A DNA stretch of 63,718 bases, filler included, from Octopus bimaculoides (GCF_001194135.2; 5 parts of 4 records of this genome joined end to end with filler, not necessarily neighbours in it); one strand, 5' to 3'. Shown: positions 1-12,249, counted from the first letter of the whole stretch. Translations and numbers: made by a program. Notes: generated by a model from the sequence alone, not told the origin.

Positions 1-532
1 ATGTGAAGGTGTTAGTTTCTGTGATAATTTCGCAGGAGTATATTATGTTTTTAGCTAAGCAGTTTCCGCATAACGGGCATGTTGTAGGTGTTACACAATT
101 GCACCCGATTTTACACTTGTAAGGTCGTCTTATGTCTACATTTATGGGGTAACCGTTTGTAGTATTATTATCTATGTTAGTACCCTGGTGGTTAGGTTTA
201 ACGTTTACATTGTTGTTATAATTATAGCTGCTACCTCTATTTGGGTTGTTCGAAGATACCTCACATCTTATACTGTCAGTGGGGGTTTTGGGAATATCGG
301 TGTTATGTTGATAATCATTAATCATTCTTAATCTAGCTTTTTTTATTTTGATTTTGTTATCTTTAGATATAATACATTTCATATTAGGGAGGGTTGAATA
401 TGAGATTCTAATAGTTTTATTTGAAAAGATACTGCTATATTTGTGAGTGGGTGGAAAGTTCTTTGATAAAATTGAGAATATCTTCTTACATAATTTACCT
501 GTGACGGCTACATTGTATGGTATGTTATACCA
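1..532 (-). mobile_element. Penelope-like element: RT-to-endonuclease linker, Cys-rich motif and start of GIY-YIG domain; 5'-truncated, runs off the window edge
   Basis: Uninterrupted 177-codon frame from 532 to 1: WYNIPYNVAVTGKLCKKIFSILSKNFPPTHKYSSIFSNKTIRISYSTLPNMKCIISK...CNCVTPTTCPLCGNCLAKNIIYSCEIITETNTFT. It matches the PLE pattern WFNPP..HF..IF....SYS..PN and CNC..CPL.G.C...IIY. It is absent from the ORF track because it has no in-window stop. Confidence 0.85.
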
Positions 533-559
533 TATGTATATGAGTGTGTGTGTGTGTGT

Positions 560-740
560 GTCTTCATGCCTGTGTTTGTCCCCCATCACCACTTGACAAC
601 CACTGTTGGTGTGTTTACGTTCCTGTAACTTAGCAGTTCTAGAAAAGAGATTGATAAAATAAGTATGTGGTTCCAAAGCAAAAAAAAAAAAAAAGGACTG
701 GATGCATGGTTGCAGTCTAATGACTGAAACAAGTAAAGTG
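560..740 (+). mobile_element. SINE family A, 3' half (CpG-decayed)
   Basis: Aligns by eye to the 3' half of the 7081-7490 copy (ttgacaacc..ggtgtgtttacgt..aacttagc..gactgaaacaagtaaa). Confidence 0.7.
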
Positions 741-914
741 ATGAAAAAACAAAAAAGGTGTTACTTGGGCATATTGCTATTTGCATGTTATTATATAACT
801 GGCTGCCATTTCTGTTCTTATTCAGACTTGGTATAGAAGTGGAACCTGTTTGCTAACCATGCAGCCTGCTCCAAGACAAAATATTACGGTTGTGGTAAGA
901 AGGCTTGAACTTCA

Positions 915-1415
915 TAATCATCATCATCATAATTTAATGTCCATTGTTCATGCTGACATGGGTTTAACCAGGGCTGGTAAGCTGGTGGGGCAGGTACTGC
1001 ACCAGACTCCAGTCTTATTTGGCATGGTTTCTATGGCTGGATGCCCTTTTTAATGCCAACCACTCCAAAAATGTAATGGGTTGAAGCCCAATGTTCAAAA
1101 ATCATGCTTCACCACCTCATCCCATGTCTTCCTAGGTCTCCCTCTTCCACATCTTCCTTCCACTGATAGAAATCAACATTTCTCCATACAGCTGTCCACG
1201 TCCATATGCATCACATGACCATACCAACACAGTTGTCTCCCTTGCAAACCACATTTGATGCTTCTTATGCCCAACTTTTCTCTCAAGATGCTTACACTCT
1301 GTCATACATACACACTAACATTGCACATCCAGCGAAGTATACTAGCTTCATTTCTTTCAAGCCTATGCATGTCCTCAGCTGTCACAGCCCATGTTTTACT
1401 ACTGTGACTAAATAA
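915..1415 (-). mobile_element. RTE-clade LINE 3' end (end of ORF plus 3' UTR with (GAT)n tail)
   Basis: Minus strand reads WYGHVMHMDVDSC..EGRCGRGRPRKTWDEVVKHDF, the RTE C-terminal motif. It is followed by ggcattaaaaagggcatccagcc and a gatgatgat tail. Confidence 0.75.
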
Positions 1416-1693
1416 TTGAAGTGAATGAGTTCCTTGGTGGTGTGAGAGAGAGATGGAGATGGTTTATGATCAGATGATGGGTGGTGGTGGACTGAATGAG
1501 CTCCAGGTATTTACTCTGCTGCCATACCATGAGGAAAGTCTGTAGAATTAGTGATGATTTAAGGCAGATAAAACAGACCAAATTCCTTAGAATATCAAGT
1601 TCAATCCATGTTCAAATCACACCAAGATCAAATTTACTTTTCACATCAAACTGGATTCATGGATGATGGTGCAAGTTAATTTAAATATACACT

Positions 1694-1840
1694 GCGTTAG
1701 GAAGGGCATCCAGCTGTAGAAACTCTGCCAAATTAGATTGGAGCCTGGTGTAGCCATCCGGTTGCACCAGTCCTCAGTCAAATCGTCCAACCCATGCTAG
1801 CATGGAAAGCGGACGTTAAACAATGATGATGATGATGATG
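1694..1840 (+). mobile_element. Short RTE-tail element (family C), ends in (GAT)n
   Basis: aagggcatccagctgtagaaac...catgctagcatggaaagcggacgttaaacaatgatgatg; 3 differences in ~125 nt from the copy at 6891-7029. Confidence 0.8.
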
Positions 1841-1867
1841 ACTGCAGTTTATTCAGTTCAGTTAGCC

Positions 1868-2177
1868 CAATGGTTCTCAACCATTTGTTACCTATGGACC
1901 CCTTTGATTACAATTTTATTCTGGTGGAATAAATTTTATGTTTAAAAGTTACTTTTATATATACTTTTTTCAAAATTACTATTTTGTTTTTCACACATTA
2001 ACTTCAGTTGGTTGAACGATGTAAAACGCTTGAGAAATACATCTAAAGCGAAATATTTTTTATGAACACTTAATATAGTGCTGTGAGTCCCCAATTTACT
2101 ATTTTGCATCTATGAACCCCCAACAATTTCAGATGGACACTTGGGGGGGTCTTACGAATTCAGGTTGGAAACCACTG
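1868..2177. mobile_element. hAT (Charlie-type) MITE
   Basis: Terminal inverted repeats caatggttctcaacc / ggttggaaaccactg. Flanking 8-mers agttagcc (1860-1867) and acttagct (2178-2185) match 6/8, consistent with a decayed 8-bp TSD. Confidence 0.7.
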
Positions 2178-2650
2178 ACTTAGCTCTTTTTAACAAACAC
2201 CTTTCTACATAAAAGTGTGCTTCTTTGTATATGTACTATACCTTAGTTGACCTACAAAAGAACAAGCAACTGAGTGAATGTGTGTCTAACAGAAGCAAAA
2301 GGTGCAGTAGAAATTTTCTCACTTATTAAAGAAAATTTTAATAGATGTTGGAAAGCAATTAACTTTTGCCTACATATATATCCAAAGGCATTCAGTAATT
2401 ACCTCCTTAGACTGGTATCCTGCAATCTGTCACCTGTGCACACATGCAATTTTCATCACAACCAAGCTGTCAGCCATGTAAATAGGAGACCTATATGCAT
2501 GACTAAGATAAAATAAGAGATGAGAAGAGACATGGATTACAGATATGAAGTAGGGGTTGTCTGCAGCTGTTGTTGGTGTCCTAGGGTTGGTTAGTGGTGC
2601 AGTGGTTGTGGACTCTAATAGATGGGGGGAAACTTATGTGTATACTTTGT

Positions 2651-2704
<54 letters not shown>

Positions 2705-3033
2705 ATGTATAGCTTTGTATGTATATATTCACATATTATTTGTATTATATATATATATATATATATACATATATANNNNNNNNNNNNNNNNNNNNNNNNN
2801 NNNNNNNNNNNNNNNNNNNNNNNNNNNNNNNNNNNNNNNNNNNNNNNNNNNNNNNNNNNNNNNNNNNNNNNNNNNNNNNNNNNNNNNNNNNNNNNNNNNN
2901 NNNNNNNNNNNNNNNNNNNNNNNNNNNNNNNNNNNNNNNNNNNNNNNNNNNNNNNNNNNNNNNNNNATATATATGCATTTGCATATGAAGTTGTATAATG
3001 AATATTAAATATGTGATTTATGTGTGCATATAC

Positions 3034-3070
<37 letters not shown>

Positions 3071-3289
3071 TATACACACACAAGCATATATATATGCATA
3101 CACATATATTGTATTTGTACATATGAGAATAAATTGCACCTTCCTATTACTTGTTAATACAAGCAATTTATTAATTCCCTGACAAGTTGTAATTTACATG
3201 ATAATGGCCAAGTGAAAGGTATCAATTCGGTGAAGCATAGAGAAACCAGGCAAATGAGATGGTAAGCATTGATCCCCAGAAAACTATTA

Positions 3290-3660
3290 TAGTCCTGTAT
3301 TTTAATTATCTTGACCTGCACAAACTCTTTCTGGACAAGGCAGGTCTAATAGCGGCACCAAATTCTTATGGGCAATCCTTGACCATTAACTTTCAAGTCA
3401 GTGAATGGACAGGAAGTTCTAGCCATAATGCTAGCATGATAGTGACGTCTTTGATCTTATTTAGGGTCAGAAACTGTAATGCGGAGATGATCAATAGTTC
3501 GCAGGGAGACATTCTTGACTAATCATTCTTTCAAGTAGATGAGGCGAGGAATGGCAAGTAGAAGAGGTGTAAATATCCCGACTATCAATTCCCAGCTACT
3601 TGTATATTTGACCTTAACTTAGAAATTTGCATTCAAAGAGGTCAAAGGAAACGGTTGATA
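3290..3660 (-). mobile_element. Penelope-like GIY-YIG C-terminal relic
   Basis: Frameshifted minus-strand pieces (..IDHLRIT.SDPK.., ..CLVQKEFVQ) resemble the end of a PLE endonuclease (H...H...EA..I....P.LC.QKEFV). Confidence 0.45.
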
Positions 3661-3704
3661 AGAAGGTAAATATGTTACTCTCTCTTTCTCTCTCTCTTTC
3701 TCTG

Positions 3705-3745
<41 letters not shown>

Positions 3746-3759
3746 CCCAACATTAGTGC

Positions 3760-4390
3760 TAGTTTCAAGGTGATAGTTGCAGTTGTAGTTTGATGGTGTC
3801 AGTGGTAGTTGCAGTAGTGGGCATGGTCATGTTGTTGTTGTTGCTGCTGCTGCTGCTGTTGTTGTTATTGGCGGTAGTGGTGGTGGCTATGGTTGTGGCA
3901 TATTTGGTATCAAAAGCATTGGTTTTAGTAGTGATTAGTGATGTAATATAAATGGAAGTGGTGGTGGTGGTGGTGGGGGTTATGTCATAATTGGTAGCAA
4001 AAGCCTGGTCTCAGTAGTTGTTAGTTAGTGATGTAATATCAATTGAAGTGGTGATGGTGACAGTTGCAATGGTGTCGACAAAAGCAGCAGCAGCAGCACT
4101 GGTGGTGGTTGTGGTGGTGGTGGTGGTAGTATTTATATTGTTTGTTGTCAGCATGGCTTTTCTTTCAGTATTGACAGGAAACTGTACTAGTGGCATTGAT
4201 GGTATAAATGATATTGATGATGATGATGATGATAGTGGATGCCTCAAAGTGGTAAATGCATTGGTGTTGATAATAGCAATATCGGTGATGGTCGTGTTTA
4301 TGACATTGGTTGATGGTGCTGTTTATGGCATTGTTGGTAATGGTAGCTTTGTAGTACTTATGATGCTATCATTAATGCTAACTACTAAGT
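3760..4390. repeat. Mosaic trinucleotide low-complexity tract (GGT/GAT/GCA/TTG)
   Basis: Directly visible; explains the V/T/D-rich pseudo-ORFs. Confidence 0.9.
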
Positions 4391-4959
4391 AGTGCTGGTC
4401 GTTTCAAGCAGTTTGTTCTGCTTGGATTCCTATAGCTTTTGGTTAATACTTTCTGAGATAGGTTTCCTGTGTAGTGAAGTGAGGTGAAAGGCAGGGTGTG
4501 ATATCTTTCTCATTAAATGACACAAACTTCATTTGCTTGAAAATGTTTTGCAATAATTAATCTATTAATTTAGTCTTTTATTTGTAGACAGTCTTGTGGA
4601 CATTGCTTGTTGTGAATGCTTTGGATAACTGGTAAGCCTGAAAAGGATCTGAAATTGTTGCAATATTTGGGAGCAGCCATGATGCTGGTGACATATAATG
4701 AAGAACGCTTTGCTTTGAGTTCTCGGTTCCTGATAGAGTCGTAAGGGCACCATCATGAAATATGGCATGTCTCAAGCGTTTAAACCTGGTGGGGTTAATC
4801 CTCTCCAGGTCTAATCATAGCTGTCTTGACATTATGTGATGGTTGTAAACAATTATCTCTGTCACACAAACAATATTTTTTGTTTCTCATTATCTGTAAA
4901 ATATAAAAAAAAAAACATGCCTAGACATGGGAAAATTTTACTTTGCTTGGAATTAGCAA

Positions 4960-5095
4960 GGGTTGGCAACAGGAAGGGAATCCAGCTGTAGGAATTCTGC
5001 TTCAAAGAATTCTGTCTGACCCTTGTAGGCATGAGAAAGTGGATGTTAAATGATGATGATGATGATAATGATGATGATATATGCATATCCTATGA
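4960..5095 (+). mobile_element. Diverged RTE-tail element (family C-like)
   Basis: ggttggcaacaggaagggaatccagctgtagga...ggatgttaaatgatgatgat. Confidence 0.55.
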
Positions 5096-5109
5096 TATTT
5101 AACACATTT

Positions 5110-5370
5110 GTGTCCGTTCAAACACAAGAAAACTTTTCACAGACATGGGAGAAATATATCCTCTTAGAGAATATGTGTGAAAACACATTTGGCTTCAAAT
5201 AAGATCATATTGTGGTATGCCTGCATTTCTGCATTGTTATGCATCATTAGCCGCAAATAACAAATTTGTTCTTCATGGCCTTATCAGAACAATAGTTCTG
5301 GAATATAAGGAAAAGCTAACAGTAAATTTGCTTGCATGTGTAAAGCTAGATCAAGCTGGAATTAATTAAA
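5110..5370 (+). mobile_element. Possible CR1/Crack-group LINE C-terminal relic
   Basis: SNTRKLFTDMGEIYPLREYV*KHIWLQIRSYCGMPAFLHCY..ANNKFVL..RTIVLEY loosely resembles LINE RT C-termini; one in-frame TGA. Confidence 0.3.
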
Positions 5371-6234
5371 TAAAGTCACAAAAATCAGTGTTAAATAAAA
5401 TGCATTTTATTCAATGTTGCGTATGTATATATACCCATAACTCTTACCCTTATATATATATGTGTGCATTGAGCACTGAATATTACAATATTTTCTAAGT
5501 AATTTGAAATGAAGACCTGCATTTTACATCCCCTCTGGACCTATAAGTGGCTTTGCACAAACCTGAGTTTGATATGAAGGACATTTGACTGCTCTTTCTA
5601 GTGTATCGTCTGAACACAGAGGTTCCCAAGTTGGATCAGAAAAACAGTTTATTTCCCAGAGTGATCACAAATCAGAGGAATGCTCTCTACCATTATTAAG
5701 TTATATTGGTATATTATTGCACATCCATATATATATATATGTACGTATGTGACTGTGTTTATCTATGTATGTGTGCTGCTTGCAAATTTCTTTATATTTA
5801 ACTATATAATTACGTTTTCTTTTTTATTGTTGTAATGAAGTGTAATTACTGTGTTCAACAGTTAATATATGTCATGTATATTAATCAATACGTGTTAATT
5901 TGTTTTTCATTTTCTTACTATCATTTGCTTATTTATACATTTATTTATTGTTGGCTCCTTTAATTTAGGTTGCAAACCTCTTTAGTTGTAATTGTTTACA
6001 ATGACAAGGAAACGAAATTGAATTAAATCTACTGTAAAAATGTGTGTTTACGATGTATATATATATATTGTGTGTGTGTGTGTGTTTGTATGTATCTGCT
6101 TTTGTATGTGTATGTGTGTGAAAAGATTTTGACACAGATATGTCTTCAATCATTTGTTTAAAAGGGAAGATGTTTCATGTATTTCACAGACAAAAACACA
6201 ATAACACAAATGAGTACACACATAACTGTGTCAG

Positions 6235-6510
6235 TATCTCTCTCTTTCTCTTTCTCTCTCTCTCTCTTCCTCTCTCTCTCTCTCGTCTTCTATCTCTCTT
6301 CCTCTCTCTCTCCCTCTGTTTCTCTTCCTCTTCCTCTCTCTCTCTTTCTCTTCCTCTCTCTCTCTCTTTCTTCCTCTCTCTTCTCTCTTCCTCTCTCTCT
6401 CTCCCCTCTCCCTCTTTCCCCTCTCTCCCCTCTCTCTCTTCCTCTCTCTCTCTTCCCCTCTCTCCCCTCCTCTCTCTCTTCCTCTCTCTCCTCTCTTTCT
6501 CTCTCTCTAC
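6235..6510. repeat. (CT)n/CTT-rich pyrimidine tract
   Basis: Directly visible. Confidence 0.95.
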
Positions 6511-6540
6511 ACACACACCTGTATGCATATACATCTGTGT

Positions 6541-6715
6541 ACATCATCATCATTTTTAATCTGTTTTCCATGCTGGCATGCGTTGGATGGTTTGACTGTA
6601 GCTAGCAGGACTGGAAGCTATGTCAGGCTCCATTATCTATTTTGAGATGGTTTTGATGGCTGGATGCTCTTCCTAATGCCAACCACTTTACAGAGTGCAC
6701 TCAGTGCTTTTGTTA
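6541..6715 (-). mobile_element. RTE-tail element (family C), inverted relative to 6891-7029
   Basis: Reverse complement contains agtggttggcattaggaagagcatccagcc and cagtcaaaccatccaacgcatgccagcatggaaaacag..gatgatg. Confidence 0.7.
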
Positions 6716-6890
6716 AGATAAGTCCTCGAGGGACATTTGTAGTGGTGAGAATAAGTAAGGCAATACAGAGGTTTGTCTGGGTGAGGACAGCAGTGATTGT
6801 AGTAAATGATAGAGAAATATAAGGAAGGCTCGAAAGTAAGGCTGCAGTAGATATGGTGAGGGCATTGAGGGTGATTACAAATAAGTAGAG

Positions 6891-7029
6891 GGTTAAGAAG
6901 GGCATCCAGCTGTAGAAACTCTGCCAAATTAGATTGGAGCCTGCTGTAGCCATCCGGTTGCACCAGTCCTCAGTCAAATCGTCCAACCCATGCTAGCATG
7001 GAAAGCAGACGTTAAACGATGATGATGAT
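6891..7029 (+). mobile_element. RTE-tail element (family C)
   Basis: Near-identical to 1694-1840. Confidence 0.8.
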
Positions 7030-7080
7030 TAATGATGGAGAAAAGAACAGAGAAGAGAAGACACTAAAGGAAAGTGATTA

Positions 7081-7490
7081 GGCATAGGAGTGGCTGTGTG
7101 GTAAGTAGCTTGCTTACCAACCACATGGTCCCGGGTTCAGTCCCACTGCGTGGCATCTTGGGCAAGTGTCTTCTACTATAGCCTCGGGCCGACCAAAGCC
7201 TTGTGAGTGGATTTGGTAGACGGAAACTGAAAGAAGCTCATCGTATATATGTATATATATATATATGTATGTGTGTATGTGTTTGTATGTCTGTGTTTGT
7301 CCCCCCCAACATTGCTTGACAACCGATGCTGGTGTGTTTATGTCCCCTTAACTTAGCGGTTCGGCAAAAAGAGACTGATAGAATAAGTACTAGGCTTCCA
7401 AAGAATAAGTCCTGGGGTCGATTTCCTCGACTAAAGGCGGTGCTCCAGCATGGCCACAGTCAAAAGACTGAAACAAGTAAAAAAAGAGTA
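7081..7490 (+). mobile_element. tRNA-derived SINE family A, full length, internal (TA)/(TG) microsatellite
   Basis: A-box-like tggctgtgtggt and B-box-like ggttcagtccc. At least 7 related copies in the window. Retains ~12 CpG. Confidence 0.85.
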
Positions 7491-7744
7491 CAGACAGTAA
7501 GAGGGGAAAGATGACTGAAAATGGAGGTGGTTTGGGGTGGGAGAAATAGCTAACCGAGAAAGCCAAGGGGTGTAGTAAGTGCCTATTCTGCTCTTAGGGG
7601 GTAGAAGTGATGGGTGTTAGAGGATGAAATATGGTGGGGAAAATGTTGAGGTGGGTACAGAGAGTATGGGAAGGGTTGGGGCAGAGCCTATCACAGACAA
7701 GCATTACCAAGGTGATTTTAAGATATCAGTTCTCCTGGGGTGGA

Positions 7745-8173
7745 CAGGTCTTCTTGAGTAGAGCAAGGTGCCAAATATCTCAGTACTTTGTGATTACCTT
7801 TGCAAGGCTCAGCATCCTCATATCAACCTTCCGTACTTCATTCCGTGTCTTCCTGGGTCTCCCACTCCCACATCTTCCCTTCACTTTAAGTGATCGACCC
7901 TTATTTATGCACCTGTTCTCATCCATACAAATCACATGATTAAGCCAGTGCAGTTTTCTCTTAGATGCACACTGCATCTAATTTCTCCTATGCTTACCTT
8001 TTCCTCTCAATACACTACCATTTTATTGTACATACTATTGTTGTACATCCAGCAGAACATACTAGCTTCATTCTTCTCTAGTCTTCACATGTCTTCTTCC
8101 TTCAGGGCTCATCTCATACTACCATGTAGTATTGTGCTTCGTACACACACATCATACAATCTTCTTTTCATTC

Positions 8174-8175
<2 letters not shown>
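7745..8175 (-). mobile_element. RTE-clade LINE 3' ORF relic
   Basis: LHWLNHVICMDENRCINKGRSLKVKGRCGSGRPRKTRNEVRKVDM; same family as 915-1415. Confidence 0.75.
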
Positions 8176-8229
<54 letters not shown>

Positions 8230-8376
8230 TTGGTTGCCAGCAGAAGTAGGAATGTATTGAACTTCCTCATCCTATTCTTATTCTAGCAATTTCACTTTTG
8301 GTACAGATGTATATACATACAACTGCAATATATATATATTAGTATAATCGCTGTGTGTGTGTGTGCATGTGCATGC

Positions 8377-8431
<55 letters not shown>

Positions 8432-8460
8432 GTATGTATGTATGTATGTATATATATATA

Positions 8461-8491
<31 letters not shown>

Positions 8492-9514
8492 ATATATATA
8501 CATGTGTGTGTATATTATTACATTATTTTAGGCAGTTTAACACGTTTTCTGCACTGGTTGCAAAACAAGTCTGCACACCTGTGCATAGCTGAAAGAAACT
8601 GGTACACAAGAGATATTTTTCCAGGCTATCATTGTCTATAATTATGGGTATGCATTATACATGAGTGTGCATTACATAAGGATAGACACAAGATCTATAT
8701 CCGACAGCTGCATGAAATGAGGTATGAACGCAGGTAGAATAAAATGTTCCAGTCAGAGTTATATGAAATTCTTACAGTGGATTTGAACATTGGCTTACTC
8801 TGTTCTCTCAGATATTTTGCATATCCAAAGTATGATTTATTTAAATAATCTTACACAGCAGCTGCAGTAGCTAGAGTTGTTGTTGTTTAATGGTAGGTCA
8901 ACCTTGATCCTGCAGATTTCAATTAAAGGTGTGATTTAAAGGTGGGGGAGGGCTCTACGAGGCATTTCGGCACAGCTGTTTTGGCACCGCCAATTTGTCA
9001 TTGTTGATTCAGCTCTGACTTATCGACATCAGATATTTTAATGTTTCATTTGGTTTCTTCTTCTCACCTCTCAAAGTTTATATGTATGAATATCCAGTTA
9101 CATCTGTATGCTTGTGTAATATCTCTTCCCTTCTTTGTCTCTCTTTTGCTCTCTCTCTCTTTCTCTCTTTTGCTCTCTCTCTCTCTCTTTTGCTCTCTAT
9201 GTTCCTCTCTCACTCTATGTGTATATCTCTTCACACGTGTCTGACTATGTGTGTGTGTGTGTGTGTCTGTATGTTTACCTCCATTGCCAAAATGTACTGT
9301 CACTAAAACAGATTGAATGCCTGATCAGATGTTCCATATTGTCAGCATCCAAACAACTCAACTCAGTTGTTCCGTTCTGACTTGAAAGAGATCTGACTGC
9401 TATTTCATGATCATACAATACTGCTGAATATCCCGCACTGGTTTCTGTCATTCAATTTACTGTAGACCTGTTGTATCACTTACTACATAGTGTTTTGAAG
9501 TTAAGAATTATTAA

Positions 9515-9800
9515 GTGAAGGCACATGGCTTAGTGGTTAGGGCATTTGGCTCATGATCGTAAGGTCATGAGTTCAATTCCTGGCAACACATTGTATTCTT
9601 GAGCAAGTCACTTCATGTTGCTTCAGTCTACTCAGCTGGCAAAAATGAGTTGTACCTGTGTTTCAAAGGGCTAGCCTTGTCACATTCTGTGCCAAAGAGA
9701 ATCTCCCCAAGTACTACATTAATGGTATGCATGTCTGTGGAATACTCAGCCACATGCACGCAAGTTTCATGAGCAGGCTGATGATCAGATCAACTGGAAC
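9515..9800 (+). mobile_element. tRNA-derived SINE family B (CpG-decayed)
   Basis: ggcacatggcttagtggttag (A box), gagttcaattcc (B box), ttgagcaagtcacttcat..ctcagctggcaaaaatgagt. Confidence 0.8.
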
Positions 9801-10159
9801 AGTCATTGTGGTAATCAATGGAGTACCAGAGTTAATTGCTTGAGTAGATTTTAGCTGTTATTTTTATTGTCCCAGATCACCCCAGATCAAGAATGATATC
9901 TTTGATTAAACGTTTTCAAGCCATTATTCTTTGTTCATTTACATTCATTTTACCTTGCTGGTATGAGTTAGATGGAGGCTTATTTGAAGCTGTAATTTAC
10001 TATTAGATGCCCTTCCTGTTCCTAATGCCATATCTGTATTTTGAGTAAAAGATTTTTTTTTTTTGTTAGAGTGGTCTTTGAAAGCAAAGAGTGACAATAT
10101 ATTATCTGCTTGGATAGTCATGTAAAGATGTAGAATATTGGTTTCAAATTTTGGCATAA

Positions 10160-10340
10160 GGCCATTGATTTTAGAGGAGGGATAAGTTAATTATATTGAC
10201 CCTAGTACTTAACTTGTACTTATTTTATTGATCCTGAAAGGATAAAAGGTAAAGTTAACCTCAGTAGAATTTGAACTCAGAACATGCAGATGAACAAGAA
10301 ACCATTTTTCTCAGCATGCTAACAATTCTGCCAGCTTGCT
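10160..10340 (-). mobile_element. SINE family D (Nin-domain-like), decayed
   Basis: gacccta..gtacttattttattgatcctgaaaggataaaaggtaaagttaacctcagtagaatttgaactcagaac matches the 62335-62597 copy. Confidence 0.7.
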
Positions 10341-10995
10341 GCATTAAAGGTGCAGCATATTAATTTTCATTCACACACATGCATCTAGACACACATGTGT
10401 ATACATATACATACACAGATACACACATGCATAAACTATGTATATACAGTATATCTATGAATGTGTGTATGTGTTTGTGTAAACAATGTGCTTCTTTGTT
10501 TTCATCAACCAATTCTACTTTTAAGATGTAGCAGGAATAGTCACCTGATATGATTTGCTAGGATATTGCCCACATGGTCTGACCAAACATAACTTCATGT
10601 CAGATAGGCTTCAGCAATAATCCTTTCATTTGGCACATTTCCTTTTGAGCCTATTGACCAGTATAAAAAGTCGACACACCATGACTGCTGGACAGAGAGC
10701 TTTGGGATGCAGCAGAGAGAGTGTTGACAAACACTGTAGGAGTTGACCTACAGAGACGGTGGACAGCAGCTGATAACACAAAGGCAAGGAACAGTTAGAA
10801 GATGGATAAAGTAACTAACCGCACTTTATCTCCTGTTACAACTACACCAAAAACAAAAACTCTCTCCACGTTTTGACATTCATAGTAATGACAACATTCA
10901 TTTTTTTGTGTATGAAAAGAATAAATTGTTATTTATCAAAACCTCAACAGACTCCTGTGTTCTTTATTTTACAAAGACACTGGTCCAGTCCAGGA

Positions 10996-11217
10996 ACCAT
11001 TTACTATTCAGATATTTTGTCAAATGTCGTGCTTATTTATTTACATTGTTTTGAATTAATCGTCATTATCTTTTAACTTAAAAATTTCAATGGTGTATTT
11101 GTATATTTTTAGAATGACATTGTAGGGTAGGTGTGAGAGGTCGGATGTGGTCACTTTTAACATAAAACGTAAAATATTTGGGCCAGATACGGCTGGATTA
11201 AATGCTAAAGGGCTAAA
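10996..11217. mobile_element. Possible MITE
   Basis: Degenerate terminal inverted match: aaccatttactattcaga / ttaaatgctaaagggctaaa. Confidence 0.3.
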
Positions 11218-11930
11218 GTAGAAAACTCTTGCTTAAGGTATCACACAATGGGATAGGACCAGAACCATACAATAAGACGACAACTTCTGTATCAACACCG
11301 CCTGCACTTCCCTTCTTTTTCTCAGTACTGCTCCCCCAGGACTACCATCATCTACATTTTCAAAGATAGCAAAGTACAATCTGAGATAGATTTGGTAATT
11401 ATTTCTTATAAGAGAGTGACTTCAAATAGTTGTTAGACTGTCTTGAGTTGTTCAAGTACTTATAAACTTACAATTTGATGTATTCCTTTCATAGAAGTGT
11501 AGTCCTACAACCTGCCATGACACAGACGTAGAAACATAACTTAGATATTCTGTTCTATTAATCATAGTGTATGAACCTGGTGTATCCACTTATTAGGAGG
11601 TGGGGGATTTGGCATGCTTTCATGAAATATGAATTATGTGTGTGCTGCTGGATCTAAGTGTGTGTCAGTAAATTTGTAATCCATACATTTGGCATATATA
11701 TCTCTGTATAGGTGCACACACACACACCATACATTTGAGATATATGTGTGTGTGTAAGCTGTGTGTGTGTGTGTATGTGTGTTGCATATGTATGTTTGTA
11801 TGTATCTAGATGAGTGCAAACCTTTATTTAATTCATAAGGTTTATAAACATGTAAAAGATGTTTGATGTATGCATGTCAGTATGCAGTCATGTTTGTGTG
11901 GGTATACACATGCACATGTGTGAGCCTGCA

Positions 11931-11961
<31 letters not shown>

Positions 11962-12249
11962 CTGTGTGTGTGAAGTAAAAGTTATTTCCAAAGATCTTGG
12001 GTTTAGATAATGCAAGTTCTTTGATAAGTGTTATTCAGAAAATATTAACTGATCTGTAAAAAGGAAAAAAAAAAAATCCCAAAAACCAAAAAGAAAATTA
12101 TCAAGAAACAAAATAAAACAAGTATCAAACAACATAACATGACATAACAAACATGAAATAAAAACTAACACAAAACAAGAAAACTACTATCTTCACTGCT
12201 ACTGCTACAAGAATAACAAAATGAACCACAGCAACATTCAAAATCAGGA

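Noticed and set aside
7081-7160. tRNA-like A/B boxes at SINE heads (also 9515, 25752 and 33950)
   Set aside because: No cloverleaf or acceptor stem; they continue into SINE bodies present in many copies.
7440-7490. Hammerhead-like AGTC-AAAA/AAAT-GACT-GAAAC..GTA in the SINE A tail
   Set aside because: The CUGANGA core is absent upstream of the stem.
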